Assembly: GCA_013041745.1 (NCBI GenBank)
Contig: JABDRN010000028.1
Coordinates: 59,028-123,027, forward strand
Reading direction: 5' to 3'
DNA from: Gammaproteobacteria bacterium
Lineage (GTDB): Bacteria; Pseudomonadota; Gammaproteobacteria; SZUA-229
Length of the DNA: 64,000 bases
In this document: positions 20,356 through 30,819 of the stretch, piece after piece
Layout: each line of letters opens with the position of its first letter
How positions within the stretch are numbered: position 1 is the stretch's first letter
Translations under genes and position numbers: made by a program
The notes under the pieces: model-generated
Database searches by the model: none
Told to the model about the DNA's origin: nothing
The model's input: the letters and a program-made list of their open reading frames with translations, nothing else

Positions 20356-21690
20356 TCACGATTTACTTAAAATATTTAGACCCTTTAATAGCAGCAGCGC
20401 TTCGAATAGCTGGAAATCATCAGAGGCTTTTATCTTTTCCTCTTTTTCTTCGCCTTTCTTACCTTCCTCTACAGCTTTCTTGATGGCTTCCTGAGATTTT
20501 GTCGGATTGCTGATACTGCCGCTCAGGTCAGATTCCTTGATGCGAAGCGAGGTACCGTCTTCTTTCGAATCTTCGATCTCATAACTGTCGAGAATAATAT
20601 CCGGAGTGATACCTTCCCCCTGTATCGAGCGGCCGCTGGGTGTGAAGTATCGTGCGGTAGTAATCTTAACGGCACCACCACTGCGTAACTCCTGGATAGT
20701 CTGCACCGAACCTTTACCAAATGATTTGCTGCCCATAACAACAGCGCGTTTGTGGTCCTGTAATGCGCCGGCAACGATCTCAGAAGCTGAAGCCGAGCCG
20801 CCATTGATCAGAACCACTAGGGGGGAGCCATTCATGATATCGCCTGGCTTGGCATTAAATTCAAAGTCGGAGTTGGCTATGCGGCCTTCTGTGTATACCA
20901 GTTTTCCTTCATCGATGAATGCATCTGAAACGTCAGCTGCAGCGCTCAGTACACCGCCTGGATTGTTGCGTAGATCAAGAACCAGGCCTTTCAGCTCGTT
21001 CTTGTTCTCTTTCTTCAAGTTGCTTAATTCGTTTACCAGGTCACGTGCGGTTTTTGACTGGAAATTACTGATACGGATGTAACCGTAATCAGGCTCCAGG
21101 ATACGGCTCTTGACACTTTTCACCGAGATGATGTCACGAGTAACGGTAAATGGCAGTGGTTTGTCAGCGCCTTCTCTAATAACGGTTAATTTGATGTCGG
21201 TACCCGGTTCACCACGCATGATCTTAACGGCGTCGTTCAAAGTCATGCCTTTGACAGATTTATCATTCAGGCGGATGATCAGATCGCCAGCTTCAAGGCC
21301 GGCGCGATATGCCGGGGTATCGTCGATGGGCGAGATGACTTTGACAAAACCATCTTCCATGCCAACCTGGATACCAAGACCGCCAAATTTGCCGGTGGTG
21401 CCGATTTTTAACTCTTTATACTCTTCATTGTTCAGATAGGTGGAATGAGGGTCGAGACCAGTCAGCATACCGCGGATAGCATGCTCTAGCAGGGTCTTGT
21501 CGTCGACTTCTTCGACATAGTCACTTTTGACACGTGCGAAGATATCTGAAAAATTACGTAATTCGTTAAGCGGCAGACCGACGGACTCATCTGCGTTTTT
21601 CTCAGCCAGCACACTGCTGGTAATTGAAACAGAAACACCAACAAAAATACCAAAGACCAGCACGAGAACGGTCTTATATTGATTACTCAT
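20356..21690 (-). CDS. Carboxy-terminal processing peptidase (S41, Ctp/Prc-like) with PDZ domain
   Basis: PDZ (GDLIIRLNDKSVKGMTLNDAVKIMRGEPGTDIKL) plus an S41 catalytic region (GSASASEIVAGALQD). Confidence 0.85.
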   Translation of the reverse strand: MSNQYKTVLVLVFGIFVGVSVSITSSVLAEKNADESVGLPLNELRNFSDIFARVKSDYVEEVDDKTLLEHAIRGMLTGLDPHSTYLNNEEYKELKIGTTGKFGGLGIQVGMEDGFVKVISPIDDTPAYRAGLEAGDLIIRLNDKSVKGMTLNDAVKIMRGEPGTDIKLTVIREGADKPLPFTVTRDIISVKSVKSRILEPDYGYIRISNFQSKTARDLVNELSNLKKENKNELKGLVLDLRNNPGGVLSAAADVSDAFIDEGKLVYTEGRIANSDFEFNAKPGDIMNGSPLVVLINGGSASASEIVAGALQDHKRAVVMGSKSFGKGSVQTIQELRSGGAVKITTARYFTPSGRSIQGEGITPDIILDSYEIEDSKEDGTSLRIKESDLSGSISNPTKSQEAIKKAVEEGKKGEEKEEKIKASDDFQLFEALLLLKGLNILSKS

Positions 21691-21817
21691 AAATAACTCC
21701 GGTAGAAACCACTTCGAATGTGTATTGACCTGTATTTGAAGGGGGCTCAGTATAAATCTTTAATTAAGGTAAATAATAGTGGTTAGAGCGTATTAATGCC
21801 AGTATGTTCCGCCATTA

Positions 21818-23029
21818 TTATATCCTAGGGCTCTTGGCGGAGGCATGTTTTGCCTTGCTCGAGCACCACTTAGTGGGGTTGATCGGTTTGCCGCGAGCGC
21901 GGATTTCGAAGTAGACCCCGCTCGTTGGCTGGCCACCGCTGTCGCCAGCTGTTGCGATGACTTCTCCCGCCTGCACCCAGTCCCCTGTCTGTTTGAATAA
22001 CGACTCATTGTGGCCGTACAGGCTCATATAGCCATCACCGTGATCCACTATGGTGATAAAGCCAAAACCCTGTAACCAGTCGGAAAAAGCAACACGACCA
22101 TGGCTGACAACACGTACGGGTGTTCCTAGCTCGGCTTTTATCAGGACACCATTCCATTTAAGGTCGCCATAGTTTTTAGACTGGCCGAAGCGATTGAGGA
22201 AACGGCCGCTGACCGGCCACGGCAACTTTCCCTTCTGAGAGTCGAATGGCCGGTTTTCTGAAGGGCTGGTAGGTATATCGGCAAGTAGTTCACCGAGAGA
22301 CTTAAGAAGGTTTTCAATTCGGCCGCGACTGGTCTCAAGATTGGTTAAGGTGCTTTCCTGATTCTTGATCTTTTTGCTGAGCTCGGACAGTAGTTGTTTG
22401 CGCTGAAAGCGCTGTTTCTGACGCTGACGCTTTTTTTCCTTCTGCTCTTTAAACAGGGCGTTTTTTGCCGCTATTGTCTGCTTGAGCGCGGCTTCGGTCA
22501 CTTTCTTTTGCTGAAAAGTATCCAGGAATATATCGATCTGCTGCTGCCGGGCACGGTTCAGATAGTTAAAATAGACATGTGCGCGTCCGGCTTTGGCTGG
22601 ATCCTGTTGATTTAACAGCATTTTCAGGTTTTGCTGATTTCCCATGCTGTATGCTGCACGAGTCTGTTCTGATAGCGCGGTTCGTTGATGGCCTAGCTGC
22701 CGGTTTAGCTGGTCGAGCTCATCATTGAGCTTTTTTTCCTGTTTGCGGTTCTGATAGACTTCGTTTTGCAGATTTTTGAGTTTCTTCGAGGTTTTGCTGA
22801 TTTCCACTTCCAGAGTTTTGAGTTCTGTGACGACATGACTGCGTTGTTTTTTGCTGCCTTTTAGATGCTGCTGGACCTTGGCTATGCTTTGCTGCAGTTT
22901 CTCGAGCTTGTCCTGATAATGCGTCATATCTTCTTTTTTTGACGCATAAACCTGGTATGAAGTGAAAAAAAGACTTAAAAACAATAATATAGAATATATT
23001 GCACGATAATCCGCGATAGTAATAAACAT
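21818..23029 (-). CDS. envC: EnvC-like murein hydrolase activator (coiled coil plus M23/LytM domain)
   Basis: Long N-terminal coiled coil and a C-terminal LytM domain (GFITIVDHGDGYMSLYGHN...GVYFEIRARGKPINP). Confidence 0.8.
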   Translation of the reverse strand: MFITIADYRAIYSILLFLSLFFTSYQVYASKKEDMTHYQDKLEKLQQSIAKVQQHLKGSKKQRSHVVTELKTLEVEISKTSKKLKNLQNEVYQNRKQEKKLNDELDQLNRQLGHQRTALSEQTRAAYSMGNQQNLKMLLNQQDPAKAGRAHVYFNYLNRARQQQIDIFLDTFQQKKVTEAALKQTIAAKNALFKEQKEKKRQRQKQRFQRKQLLSELSKKIKNQESTLTNLETSRGRIENLLKSLGELLADIPTSPSENRPFDSQKGKLPWPVSGRFLNRFGQSKNYGDLKWNGVLIKAELGTPVRVVSHGRVAFSDWLQGFGFITIVDHGDGYMSLYGHNESLFKQTGDWVQAGEVIATAGDSGGQPTSGVYFEIRARGKPINPTKWCSSKAKHASAKSPRI

Positions 23030-23192
23030 ATAGACTTGGCGATTTCGTTATTATTTGGCTTGGATTCAGAACGTGAGTAAGTAATATTTACTCAAATTTC
23101 AGGATTTTGCTATTTCAATTCAAAAAAAAGTGTATTAATGTATGCTTTATTAATTATATTATTAAGCAACTCTTTAGTTTCGAGGTTACACC

Positions 23193-23522
23193 ATGGTAAT
23201 AAGTCCTAACGATCCTGATTTAATGACTCGTGAAGAAGATATCAGCCGGGCATCACGCTCTTTAAAAGCGATGTCTCATCCACTACGTTTAAAGATTCTG
23301 TGCACTTTAGGTGACCAGGAAGTTAGTGTACAGGATATCGTTGATGCAGTGGGTACTTCACAGAGCAATATATCTCAGCATCTTGCGATTTTACGAGACA
23401 AGGGCATACTGGCTTCCAGGAAAGATGCAAATAAGGTGTTTTATCGCGTCGGAGATACTCGAACGCTTCGTCTTATCGGTATGATGCAGGAAGTATTCTG
23501 TTCAACAGGTCCCGGGCATTAG
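23193..23522 (+). CDS. ArsR/SmtB-family transcriptional regulator with two Cys at SqrR/BigR-like positions
   Basis: wHTH (VQDIVDAVGTSQSNISQHLAILRDKGIL); Cys in alpha2 (ILCTLGD) and near the C-terminus (VFCSTG). Confidence 0.7.
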   Translation: MVISPNDPDLMTREEDISRASRSLKAMSHPLRLKILCTLGDQEVSVQDIVDAVGTSQSNISQHLAILRDKGILASRKDANKVFYRVGDTRTLRLIGMMQEVFCSTGPGH

Positions 23523-23601
23523 ACTGATACTGTAAGCTTTTCTCACTTCAAAAATGCGTTTATACCAAAGCCTGTGCTGTAATACCTCAGCAAGGTCTCC
23601 C

Positions 23602-23625
23602 GTATAACGCTTTCTCGCGTTATAC
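23602..23625. promoter_or_regulatory. 9-6-9 inverted repeat GTATAACGC-tttctc-GCGTTATAC; candidate ArsR-family operator upstream of the rhodanese gene
   Basis: Perfect dyad about 45 nt upstream of the 23668 start. Confidence 0.4.
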
Positions 23626-23667
23626 TTCACGTTTACCTGTTCAATCTATTAAAAGGTCGCTGTTTCT

Positions 23668-24099
23668 ATGGAGCAACTCTCCGAATTTGTACTAAATAAT
23701 CTCCTGTTGTTTGCTGCACTTGTGGTGGTGCTGGTCATGCTGATCAAGGCGGAATTAGAGCATCAGGCCAATAAAGGATCATATCTGTCGCCATCAATGG
23801 CGACACGACTGATAAATAACCATAGCGATGCATTGATACTTGATGTCAGAACCGCTGCTGATTATAAAAATGGCCATATTAAAGGTGCGAAGAATATACC
23901 TCTCGGCGACTTTGCCGGCAGTGTTGATAAATTAGCAGCCGATAAAGATAAGCCTGTTCTGGTCTACTGTAACTCTGGTAATACGGTTACGCGAGCTATC
24001 AAGCTATTGAAAAAAGCAGGTTTTCAACAGGTAAATAATCTCGACGGCGGTATCGCGGCATGGAAAGAAGCCAATATGCCGTTATCGAAAAAAAAATAA
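23668..24099 (+). CDS. Membrane-anchored single-domain rhodanese (YibN-like sulfurtransferase)
   Basis: N-terminal TM, active-site loop VYCNSGNTVTRA, and the synteny yibN-secB-gpsA. Confidence 0.75.
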   Translation: MEQLSEFVLNNLLLFAALVVVLVMLIKAELEHQANKGSYLSPSMATRLINNHSDALILDVRTAADYKNGHIKGAKNIPLGDFAGSVDKLAADKDKPVLVYCNSGNTVTRAIKLLKKAGFQQVNNLDGGIAAWKEANMPLSKKK

Positions 24100-24132
24100 T
24101 ACTAAGTTATCAATAATTCAGGAAGTTAATTC

Positions 24133-24591
24133 ATGAGCGAAGAAAATCAGCAGTTTGCGATTCAAAAAATATATCTAAAAGACGTTTCATTCGAGTCGCC
24201 CAATTCCCCGCAGTCATTCACCAGTGACAAACAGCCGCAGATAAATGTACAGATCAACAGCTCCAACCAGAGTGTTGCCGAAGATACATATGAAGTCGTT
24301 CTGGAGATAACAGTAACAGCAAAACACGATGACAAAACGGCCTTTTTAGCCGAGGTCAAACAGGCGGGCATCTTTACCATTACTGGTTTTCCACAGGAAA
24401 ACCTGGGTGGCATGATCGGTGCTTTCTGCCCCGAGACTTTATTCCCGTATGCCAGGGAATCGGTTTCTGAGCTGGTTTCAAAAGGCGGTTTCCCGCAGTT
24501 GCTGCTGGCACCGGTTAACTTCAATGCGCTGTATGCGCAGCAGGTGCAACAACAGGCTGCAGAGCCGACACAGGAAGATACCGCACATTAA
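24133..24591 (+). CDS. secB: Protein-export chaperone SecB
   Basis: MSEENQQFAIQKIYLKDVSFESPNSP... colinear with E. coli SecB. Confidence 0.9.
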   Translation: MSEENQQFAIQKIYLKDVSFESPNSPQSFTSDKQPQINVQINSSNQSVAEDTYEVVLEITVTAKHDDKTAFLAEVKQAGIFTITGFPQENLGGMIGAFCPETLFPYARESVSELVSKGGFPQLLLAPVNFNALYAQQVQQQAAEPTQEDTAH

Positions 24592-24605
24592 TCGGATGTT
24601 TGCAT

Positions 24606-25622
24606 ATGACCGTCGTTGATAAGGCACATCCCATCGCTGTTCTCGGTGCGGGATCATGGGGGACTGCGCTGGCAATTCACCTGGCAGACTCCGGGCATGA
24701 TGTGCTGCTATGGGGCAATGATAAGCAGCATATGCAAACGCTTCACGAGCAGCGATGTAATCAGCAGTACTTGCCTGATGTGCCGTTCCCGGAGCTATTA
24801 CAGACAACGGATGATCTGAAAAGCGCGCTGTCTTCACCGGCCTGGGTGTTGATAGCGATTCCGAGTCACGCATACCGATCATTTCTACACGAAAATTCGG
24901 CCCTGTTTAAAGCAGATGTCGGTATCGCCTGGGCCAGCAAAGGCCTGGAACATGGCAGTGGAAAACTCATCCACCAGGTAGTTGCAGAAGAATTGCCGCA
25001 ATGTAATAAAACAGCTGTCATGTCTGGCCCTACTTTTGCTGGTGAGGTGGCACGTAACCTGCCAACCTCGATAACCGTTGCATCAGAATCTGAAGAGTTT
25101 TCCCTACAGGTAAGTGATGACCTGCATAGCGGGCGTTTTCGCGTGTACCTCAGCTCAGATATGGTAGGGGTTGAGCTTGGCGGTTCGATGAAAAATGTTC
25201 TGGCGATTGCCGCAGGTGCAGCCGATGGCCTGGGTTTTGGTGCAAATACCCGGGCGGCCCTGATCACACGCGGTCTGGCGGAGATGATGCGCCTGGGTGA
25301 GGCCATGGGAGGCAAAAGAGAAACCTTCATGGGGCTGGCAGGTATGGGAGATCTGATACTGACCTGTACCGATAACCAGTCACGCAACCGCCGTACCGGC
25401 CTGCTGCTGGCGCAGGGTAGAACGCTGGAACAGGTTCACCAGGAGATCGGCCAGGCCATCGAAGGCATAAAAACCGCCAGAGAAGTAGTCCAACTGGCGC
25501 GTCAACATGATGTGGAAGTGCCTATCAGTGAGCAGGTTTATCGTGTGCTGTACGAAGGTTGCCCCATCGATGAAGCTGTACATACGCTGTTGAGCAGAAA
25601 ATCAACAAAGGAAACCATCTAG
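24606..25622 (+). CDS. gpsA: NAD(P)H-dependent glycerol-3-phosphate dehydrogenase
   Basis: IAVLGAGSWGTALA Rossmann motif and GpsA motifs throughout. The start could also be 24600. Confidence 0.9.
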   Translation: MTVVDKAHPIAVLGAGSWGTALAIHLADSGHDVLLWGNDKQHMQTLHEQRCNQQYLPDVPFPELLQTTDDLKSALSSPAWVLIAIPSHAYRSFLHENSALFKADVGIAWASKGLEHGSGKLIHQVVAEELPQCNKTAVMSGPTFAGEVARNLPTSITVASESEEFSLQVSDDLHSGRFRVYLSSDMVGVELGGSMKNVLAIAAGAADGLGFGANTRAALITRGLAEMMRLGEAMGGKRETFMGLAGMGDLILTCTDNQSRNRRTGLLLAQGRTLEQVHQEIGQAIEGIKTAREVVQLARQHDVEVPISEQVYRVLYEGCPIDEAVHTLLSRKSTKETI

Positions 25623-25634
25623 CACACTGGCTAT

Positions 25635-26090
25635 TCATCGAAAGTGGATGAACTGGTTCTGTCTCAAACCTTCGTAGGTGACAATGGCGACCGTATTCGA
25701 CAGGTTCAGACTGCGGCTATGCTCCAGCATGGGTAAACGCAGGACATGATCCGCTTCCACAGAGCATAGATAATCATTCGGCAGGCCCCTGGTCTCGGGC
25801 CCAAATACGAGATAATCTCCTGCTTTGAATGTCGCCTGGTGATAATGTCTGCGACCTTTTGTCGACAGAGCATAGATCTCGTTGTCTGGCTGCAGCTCCT
25901 CGATCGATGAATATGTTTTGACATCGGCCCATTCATGATAGTCCAGACCTGCGCGCCTGAGCTGTTTGTCATCCAGCTTAAAACCCAATGGCTCAATCAG
26001 ATGTAAGTTACAACCGGTGTTAGCGCACAGGCGAATGATGTTGCCGGTATTCGGCGGAATTTCTGGCTGGTAGAGTACGATATTGAACAT
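25635..26090 (-). CDS. trmL: tRNA (cytidine/uridine-2'-O)-methyltransferase TrmL (SpoU family)
   Basis: MFNIVLYQPEIPPNTGNIIRLCANTG... SPOUT motifs; about 150 aa. Confidence 0.85.
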   Translation of the reverse strand: MFNIVLYQPEIPPNTGNIIRLCANTGCNLHLIEPLGFKLDDKQLRRAGLDYHEWADVKTYSSIEELQPDNEIYALSTKGRRHYHQATFKAGDYLVFGPETRGLPNDYLCSVEADHVLRLPMLEHSRSLNLSNTVAIVTYEGLRQNQFIHFR

Positions 26091-26172
26091 TTCACTATTT
26101 AAACACGCATTTATCGTGTTACATCACAAATAATCACACTTAATCAAGATTTTAGTGGTCGTTGCATAGAAC

Positions 26173-26188
26173 ATGGCAACATTTCTGC
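26173..26188 (+). promoter_or_regulatory. Sigma54-like -24/-12 element TGGCAACatttcTGCT upstream of the sigma54 activator gene
   Basis: GG-N10-GC spacing is correct; about 35-45 nt upstream of the start. Confidence 0.35.
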
Positions 26189-26220
26189 TATATAAGGTGT
26201 TGTTATGCATCTAATGATTT

Positions 26221-27675
26221 TTGGGGAAATCGATGCCGGAAAATGAACAACAAAATAGTTCGGCTAATACCGATACGTCAGCAGTTAAAACCAGCCTGTT
26301 ACTGGTCGATGATGATCCACTGATACTGGAAGGCCTGGGTTTTATGTTGCGCAAGCAATATAAGATGATTACGGCTGACTCAAGACCGCAGGCACTGGAA
26401 AAAGTGCATCAGGCGGATGCACTGCCTAGCCTGGCGTTAATCGATCTGGGTTTGCCGCCTTACCCGCATAAACCCGATGAAGGTTTTGCCCTGATCCGTG
26501 AACTGCTCTCATTGCAGCCTAATATGAAAGTGCTGGTCTTATCCGGGCAGGATAATGATGTCAATATTCAGCATGCTTTAACAATCGGTGCGGTCGACTT
26601 TATAGCAAAACCTGCGGAGCCAGACCTGCTGCTTGCCAGGCTGCAGCACCATCAGCGCCTGCATGAGGTAGACCAGCGTAGAGATGCTCAGAAAACGGTT
26701 TCGATCATCGGCGACAGTGTCGCCATGCAGATGGTGAACGACCAGATATCACAGTTTGCCGATTCTCCATTTCCAGTGCTGATAGAAGGCCCTTCTGGAA
26801 CCGGTAAAGAGCTCGTCGCAAGGGCGCTGCATGAAAACAGTATCCGCAGTTCAGAACCCTACCTGGCAATCAATTGTGCGGCAATTGCGCCAGACCTGCT
26901 GGAAGCGCAACTGTTCGGTCATGCAAAGGGCGCTTTTACCGGCGCCACACAGGAACATAAAGGCTTCTTTATCGAGGCAGGGAAAGGTACATTGCTGCTC
27001 GATGAAATCGGCGAACTGCCTTTGGCCCTGCAGGGCAAGCTATTGCGTGTCATCGAGAGTGGTGAGTTTTATCGTATCGGCGAGACCCGTGAGTATCATT
27101 CACAGGCAAGGATAATCGCTGCGACCAATAAGGTATTGCAGGAAGAGGTGAGGAATGATCGCTTCAGAAACGATTTATATCATCGCTTGAGTATCCTGAA
27201 TATTCAGTTGCCGGCTTTAAACATGAGGGGAGATGATGTCTTCCTGTTGTTGAATTCGTTCATGGAGTCTTATGCTGACACCGTCCCGCCGTTTGTTCTT
27301 GATGATGGTGCACGCGAGCTATGGCAGCAGTATGATTACCCTGGCAATGTTCGTGAGCTGAGAAACATCGTCATCAGGCTTGGTACGAAATATCCTGGAA
27401 AGAGCGTAGACAAGGTTCAGCTCAGCGCTGAACTGGAAACACAGCTGTCGGCCAACTCGCTTGCGGAAAGCGCGACTTCGGTCAGTGATGAGATGATCGC
27501 TCAGCAGATCAGAGCAGACGAATTCGATCTTGATGGTTTGCTGAGTGAGATAGAGAGCCGCAGTATACGTATCGCGCTTGAGCTCAATGACAACAATGTC
27601 AGTAAGGCGGCAAAGGCATTGAAGATAAACAGGACAACGTTATACAGCCGAGTACAAAAACTGGGGTCGGAATAG
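26221..27675 (+). CDS. Sigma54-dependent response regulator (receiver + AAA+ + Fis HTH), PilR-like
   Basis: Receiver (LLVDDDPLILEGLG), AAA+ ([21 protein letters not shown] motif), C-terminal HTH. Confidence 0.85.
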   Translation: MGKSMPENEQQNSSANTDTSAVKTSLLLVDDDPLILEGLGFMLRKQYKMITADSRPQALEKVHQADALPSLALIDLGLPPYPHKPDEGFALIRELLSLQPNMKVLVLSGQDNDVNIQHALTIGAVDFIAKPAEPDLLLARLQHHQRLHEVDQRRDAQKTVSIIGDSVAMQMVNDQISQFADSPFPVLIEGPSGTGKELVARALHENSIRSSEPYLAINCAAIAPDLLEAQLFGHAKGAFTGATQEHKGFFIEAGKGTLLLDEIGELPLALQGKLLRVIESGEFYRIGETREYHSQARIIAATNKVLQEEVRNDRFRNDLYHRLSILNIQLPALNMRGDDVFLLLNSFMESYADTVPPFVLDDGARELWQQYDYPGNVRELRNIVIRLGTKYPGKSVDKVQLSAELETQLSANSLAESATSVSDEMIAQQIRADEFDLDGLLSEIESRSIRIALELNDNNVSKAAKALKINRTTLYSRVQKLGSE

Positions 27676-29037
27676 ATGTATCAGGAGCACTTTGGCCTGA
27701 GCCGTCCACCTTTCAAGATCACGCCGGATACCAGCCTGTTCTTCGAAGGAAATCAGCGTGGTGCGGCGCTGGATGCATTGATGTATGCCATCACCAGCGG
27801 TGAAGGCATCATCAAGGTCGTCGGTGAAGTCGGCAGTGGTAAAACGATGTTATGCCGCATGCTCGAGGTGCGTTTATCAAATGATGTCGACGTAATCTAT
27901 ATCGCAAATCCCAGCCTGTCTCCAGATAATATATTGCATGTCATCGCACACGAATTGCATCTCGATGTTAATAATGAGATGAGCAAGGTCGATGTCATGC
28001 AGCGCATACAGACGCACCTGCTAAAAAAACATGCCGATAACCGGCAGGTGGTGCTGTTCGTTGAAGAAGCGCAGAGTATGCCGATCGAAACACTGGAAGA
28101 GATACGATTATTGAGTAATCTGGAGACAGATCATAATAAATTATTACAGATGGTCCTGTTCGGCCAGCCAGAACTTGATGAAAAGCTTTCACAACCGCAT
28201 ATAAGACAGTTGAAAGAGCGAATCACACACAGTTTTTATCTGGCGCCTTTCCCACCTGACGATACCCTGCATTACCTCAACTTCAGGCTGCGTGCCGTCG
28301 GTTATAAGGGGCCGGATATTTTCAATAAAAAAACTGCCGGCGTGGTGAAAAAATATTCCGCTGGCCTGACCCGGCGTATCAATATCCTGGCAGACAAATC
28401 TATGCTGGCAGCATTTTCAGAAGGCAGCCACACCGTTACTGCAACACATGTTAAATCAGCCGCAGAGGATAGTGAGTTCAAAAACTCGATAAACAGTAAA
28501 AAAATACTGATATCGGCGTTGGCTTTAGTATTACTCGCGGTTGTTCTGTTTGCTGGCATCTATATCGGCAGACAGGAATGGTCGCAGCGAGACCTGGAAA
28601 AAGCACAGGATGCACCTGTTGTCGAGCAGAAGAAAATTCCGTCGCTGTCACTAGCGCCTCAGGCTGGCCCCCAGCCAGCTGCGGAGGAAGTAAGTAGCAT
28701 TCCAGCTGGCAAGATCCGCGAACGCCTGGCAGAGACAAGGCAGTGGTTCAGCACGGCTGCGGATAATAATTTTAGTATCCAGCTATTTATGGCCAGGACC
28801 AGCGACGCGGATAAAGTCGAGGCATTTCTTCTCGATGCGCCTGAAACACTTGATTTAACAAAGATTTACATCTATGAAACTGTTATAAACGGACGTTCAT
28901 GGTATAGCGTCTTATACAATGAATTCATCACTCAGGATGATGCCATAGAAAAACTCGATACATTACCGGCTTCTTTGAAAGCGAGTGACCCCTATCTGCG
29001 TCGTGTCAGCGCGCTGAAAAAAGATGTTGCCCGATAA
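27676..29037 (+). CDS. ExeA/MshM-like AAA ATPase with a C-terminal SPOR-like domain
   Basis: Walker A GEVGSGKTMLCR; C-terminal FSIQLFMARTSDADKVEAF... peptidoglycan-binding-like region. Confidence 0.7.
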   Translation: MYQEHFGLSRPPFKITPDTSLFFEGNQRGAALDALMYAITSGEGIIKVVGEVGSGKTMLCRMLEVRLSNDVDVIYIANPSLSPDNILHVIAHELHLDVNNEMSKVDVMQRIQTHLLKKHADNRQVVLFVEEAQSMPIETLEEIRLLSNLETDHNKLLQMVLFGQPELDEKLSQPHIRQLKERITHSFYLAPFPPDDTLHYLNFRLRAVGYKGPDIFNKKTAGVVKKYSAGLTRRINILADKSMLAAFSEGSHTVTATHVKSAAEDSEFKNSINSKKILISALALVLLAVVLFAGIYIGRQEWSQRDLEKAQDAPVVEQKKIPSLSLAPQAGPQPAAEEVSSIPAGKIRERLAETRQWFSTAADNNFSIQLFMARTSDADKVEAFLLDAPETLDLTKIYIYETVINGRSWYSVLYNEFITQDDAIEKLDTLPASLKASDPYLRRVSALKKDVAR

Positions 29038-29104
29038 AAAAGACAGCGCCAATAATAGTTACAACGATGACAAGGGAAAGTCGTTTTGATCGGCTAGTTG
29101 AACA

Positions 29105-30802
29105 ATGATAATAAATAAAATTAAAAAAAGCATATCGCAGGTATTAATGATTGGTGTCGTTATGACCTCAATCGTTTCCTGTGGAGCAACGAACCCGCCG
29201 ACGATTTCACAAGGACATCTCAAATCGACGTCAGAAAGTGAAGCGGCGGATAAAGCATCGATACCGCAGCCGGTAACAAAGGTTCCGGCTCTACCTAGGC
29301 CTGGCAAACGCGAGAAACTTGAGACCTATACTGTAGTCGTCAACCAGGTGCCGATTCGTGAACTGCTTTTTTCTATGGCAAGAGATGCAGATCTAAACCT
29401 CGATATCGACAGTGATATCTCAGGCAAGATCACCATGAATGCGATCGACCAGACACTGCCGAAGATACTGGACCGTATCGAGTCACAGGCAGATATCACC
29501 TATTTTCTTGAAGGTGATACCTTAAAAGTAAAAGCAGATAAACCATATCTTCATGTCTACCATGTTAACTATCTGAATATCAGCCGTGAGAGCGGCGGCA
29601 AAGTCAGTGTCTCTACTGAGATAGGTGCAACCAGTTCAGGCATAAACACTACCGGCAGTGGAGGCGGTGGCGCCAGCCAGGGTGGTTCCAGTAGTGGTCA
29701 GAACAAGGCTAATTCGGATATAGAGAACGAGAGCATCAATGAGTTCTGGACCACGATAACGCTGAATATTGGCGGTATCCTGGGCCAGGAGATAAAAGCC
29801 AGTTCTGGTGCACGCCTGTTGACGGGTAATGATATTATCGTTAACCGCGAGAGCGGCATCATCGCAGTGCGTGCGACATCAAAACAACACAAAGCTATTC
29901 GCGGCTTTATCGATAAGGTCGTTGGTAGCGCTCAGCGACAGGTGCTGATCGAAGCAACGATTGCCGAAGTACAGTTAAGCGACAACTACCAGGCCGGAAT
30001 AGACTGGTCTCTGGTAAGTGAAACGGCTACCGTAGGCGGAAATACAGTGCTGACAAAAGGTGGTATACAGGATGTCATCGGCGGTAACCTGGGATCTTCT
30101 CCGTTCTTCCAGCTGGCGACCTCGGGCACGATAAATGGAAACCCGTTGAATATTACCTTGAAAGCGCTGGAAACCTTTGGTGATGTAAAAGTTTTATCCA
30201 GCCCTAAAGTCATGACCCTGAACAACCAGACAGCTATCCTGAAGGTTGTCGATAACGAGGTATTCTTTACCACGAATGTCGAGGTTGATTCCGGTTCGGT
30301 TAACCAGAACTCGCAGATCATCATTGATACCGATGTCAATACCGTGCCGGTTGGTATCGTCATGTCGGTAACGCCTTATATCGATGAAGTGGAAACAGTG
30401 ACCCTTAATATCCGTCCAACGATATCAAGGATCATCGATTTCGTTGATGACCCTAACCCGTTGCTGGCAGATGCAGGTGTGGTCAGCCAGATACCGGTAT
30501 TGCAGGTGCGTGAGATTGAGACCATGCTGAAGGTTGACGACAGCGAGACTGCTGTTATCGGCGGTCTCATGCAGGACCAGATAAACAAGGAAAATCGCGG
30601 TGTGCCTGTCCTGTCCAGTATCCCGTTGCTAGGTGCCTTATTCTCTTATACTGAAGAAAAGTATGTGAAGTCAGAACTGGTCATCTTTATCCGCCCGGTG
30701 ATAATTGAAGACGCGAGCCTGGATGGTGACTTATCTGATTATAAAAAATACTTACTGGAAGATATTCGTCAGGAAACAGCGGATAAGTTAGCAGAGCAAT
30801 AG
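29105..30802 (+). CDS. Secretin (MshL/PilQ/GspD family), lipoprotein-type N-terminus
   Basis: Lipobox (IVSCGA) and a C-terminal secretin domain (VPVLSSIPLLGALFSYTEEKYVKSELVIFIRP). Confidence 0.8.
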   Translation: MIINKIKKSISQVLMIGVVMTSIVSCGATNPPTISQGHLKSTSESEAADKASIPQPVTKVPALPRPGKREKLETYTVVVNQVPIRELLFSMARDADLNLDIDSDISGKITMNAIDQTLPKILDRIESQADITYFLEGDTLKVKADKPYLHVYHVNYLNISRESGGKVSVSTEIGATSSGINTTGSGGGGASQGGSSSGQNKANSDIENESINEFWTTITLNIGGILGQEIKASSGARLLTGNDIIVNRESGIIAVRATSKQHKAIRGFIDKVVGSAQRQVLIEATIAEVQLSDNYQAGIDWSLVSETATVGGNTVLTKGGIQDVIGGNLGSSPFFQLATSGTINGNPLNITLKALETFGDVKVLSSPKVMTLNNQTAILKVVDNEVFFTTNVEVDSGSVNQNSQIIIDTDVNTVPVGIVMSVTPYIDEVETVTLNIRPTISRIIDFVDDPNPLLADAGVVSQIPVLQVREIETMLKVDDSETAVIGGLMQDQINKENRGVPVLSSIPLLGALFSYTEEKYVKSELVIFIRPVIIEDASLDGDLSDYKKYLLEDIRQETADKLAEQ

Positions 30803-30819
30803 GGTCATAGGTAAGAATT

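Noticed and set aside
24866-25387. 173-aa minus-strand ORF
   Set aside because: Antisense to gpsA; the Arg/Pro/Ser-rich translation is typical of a GC-skewed antisense frame.
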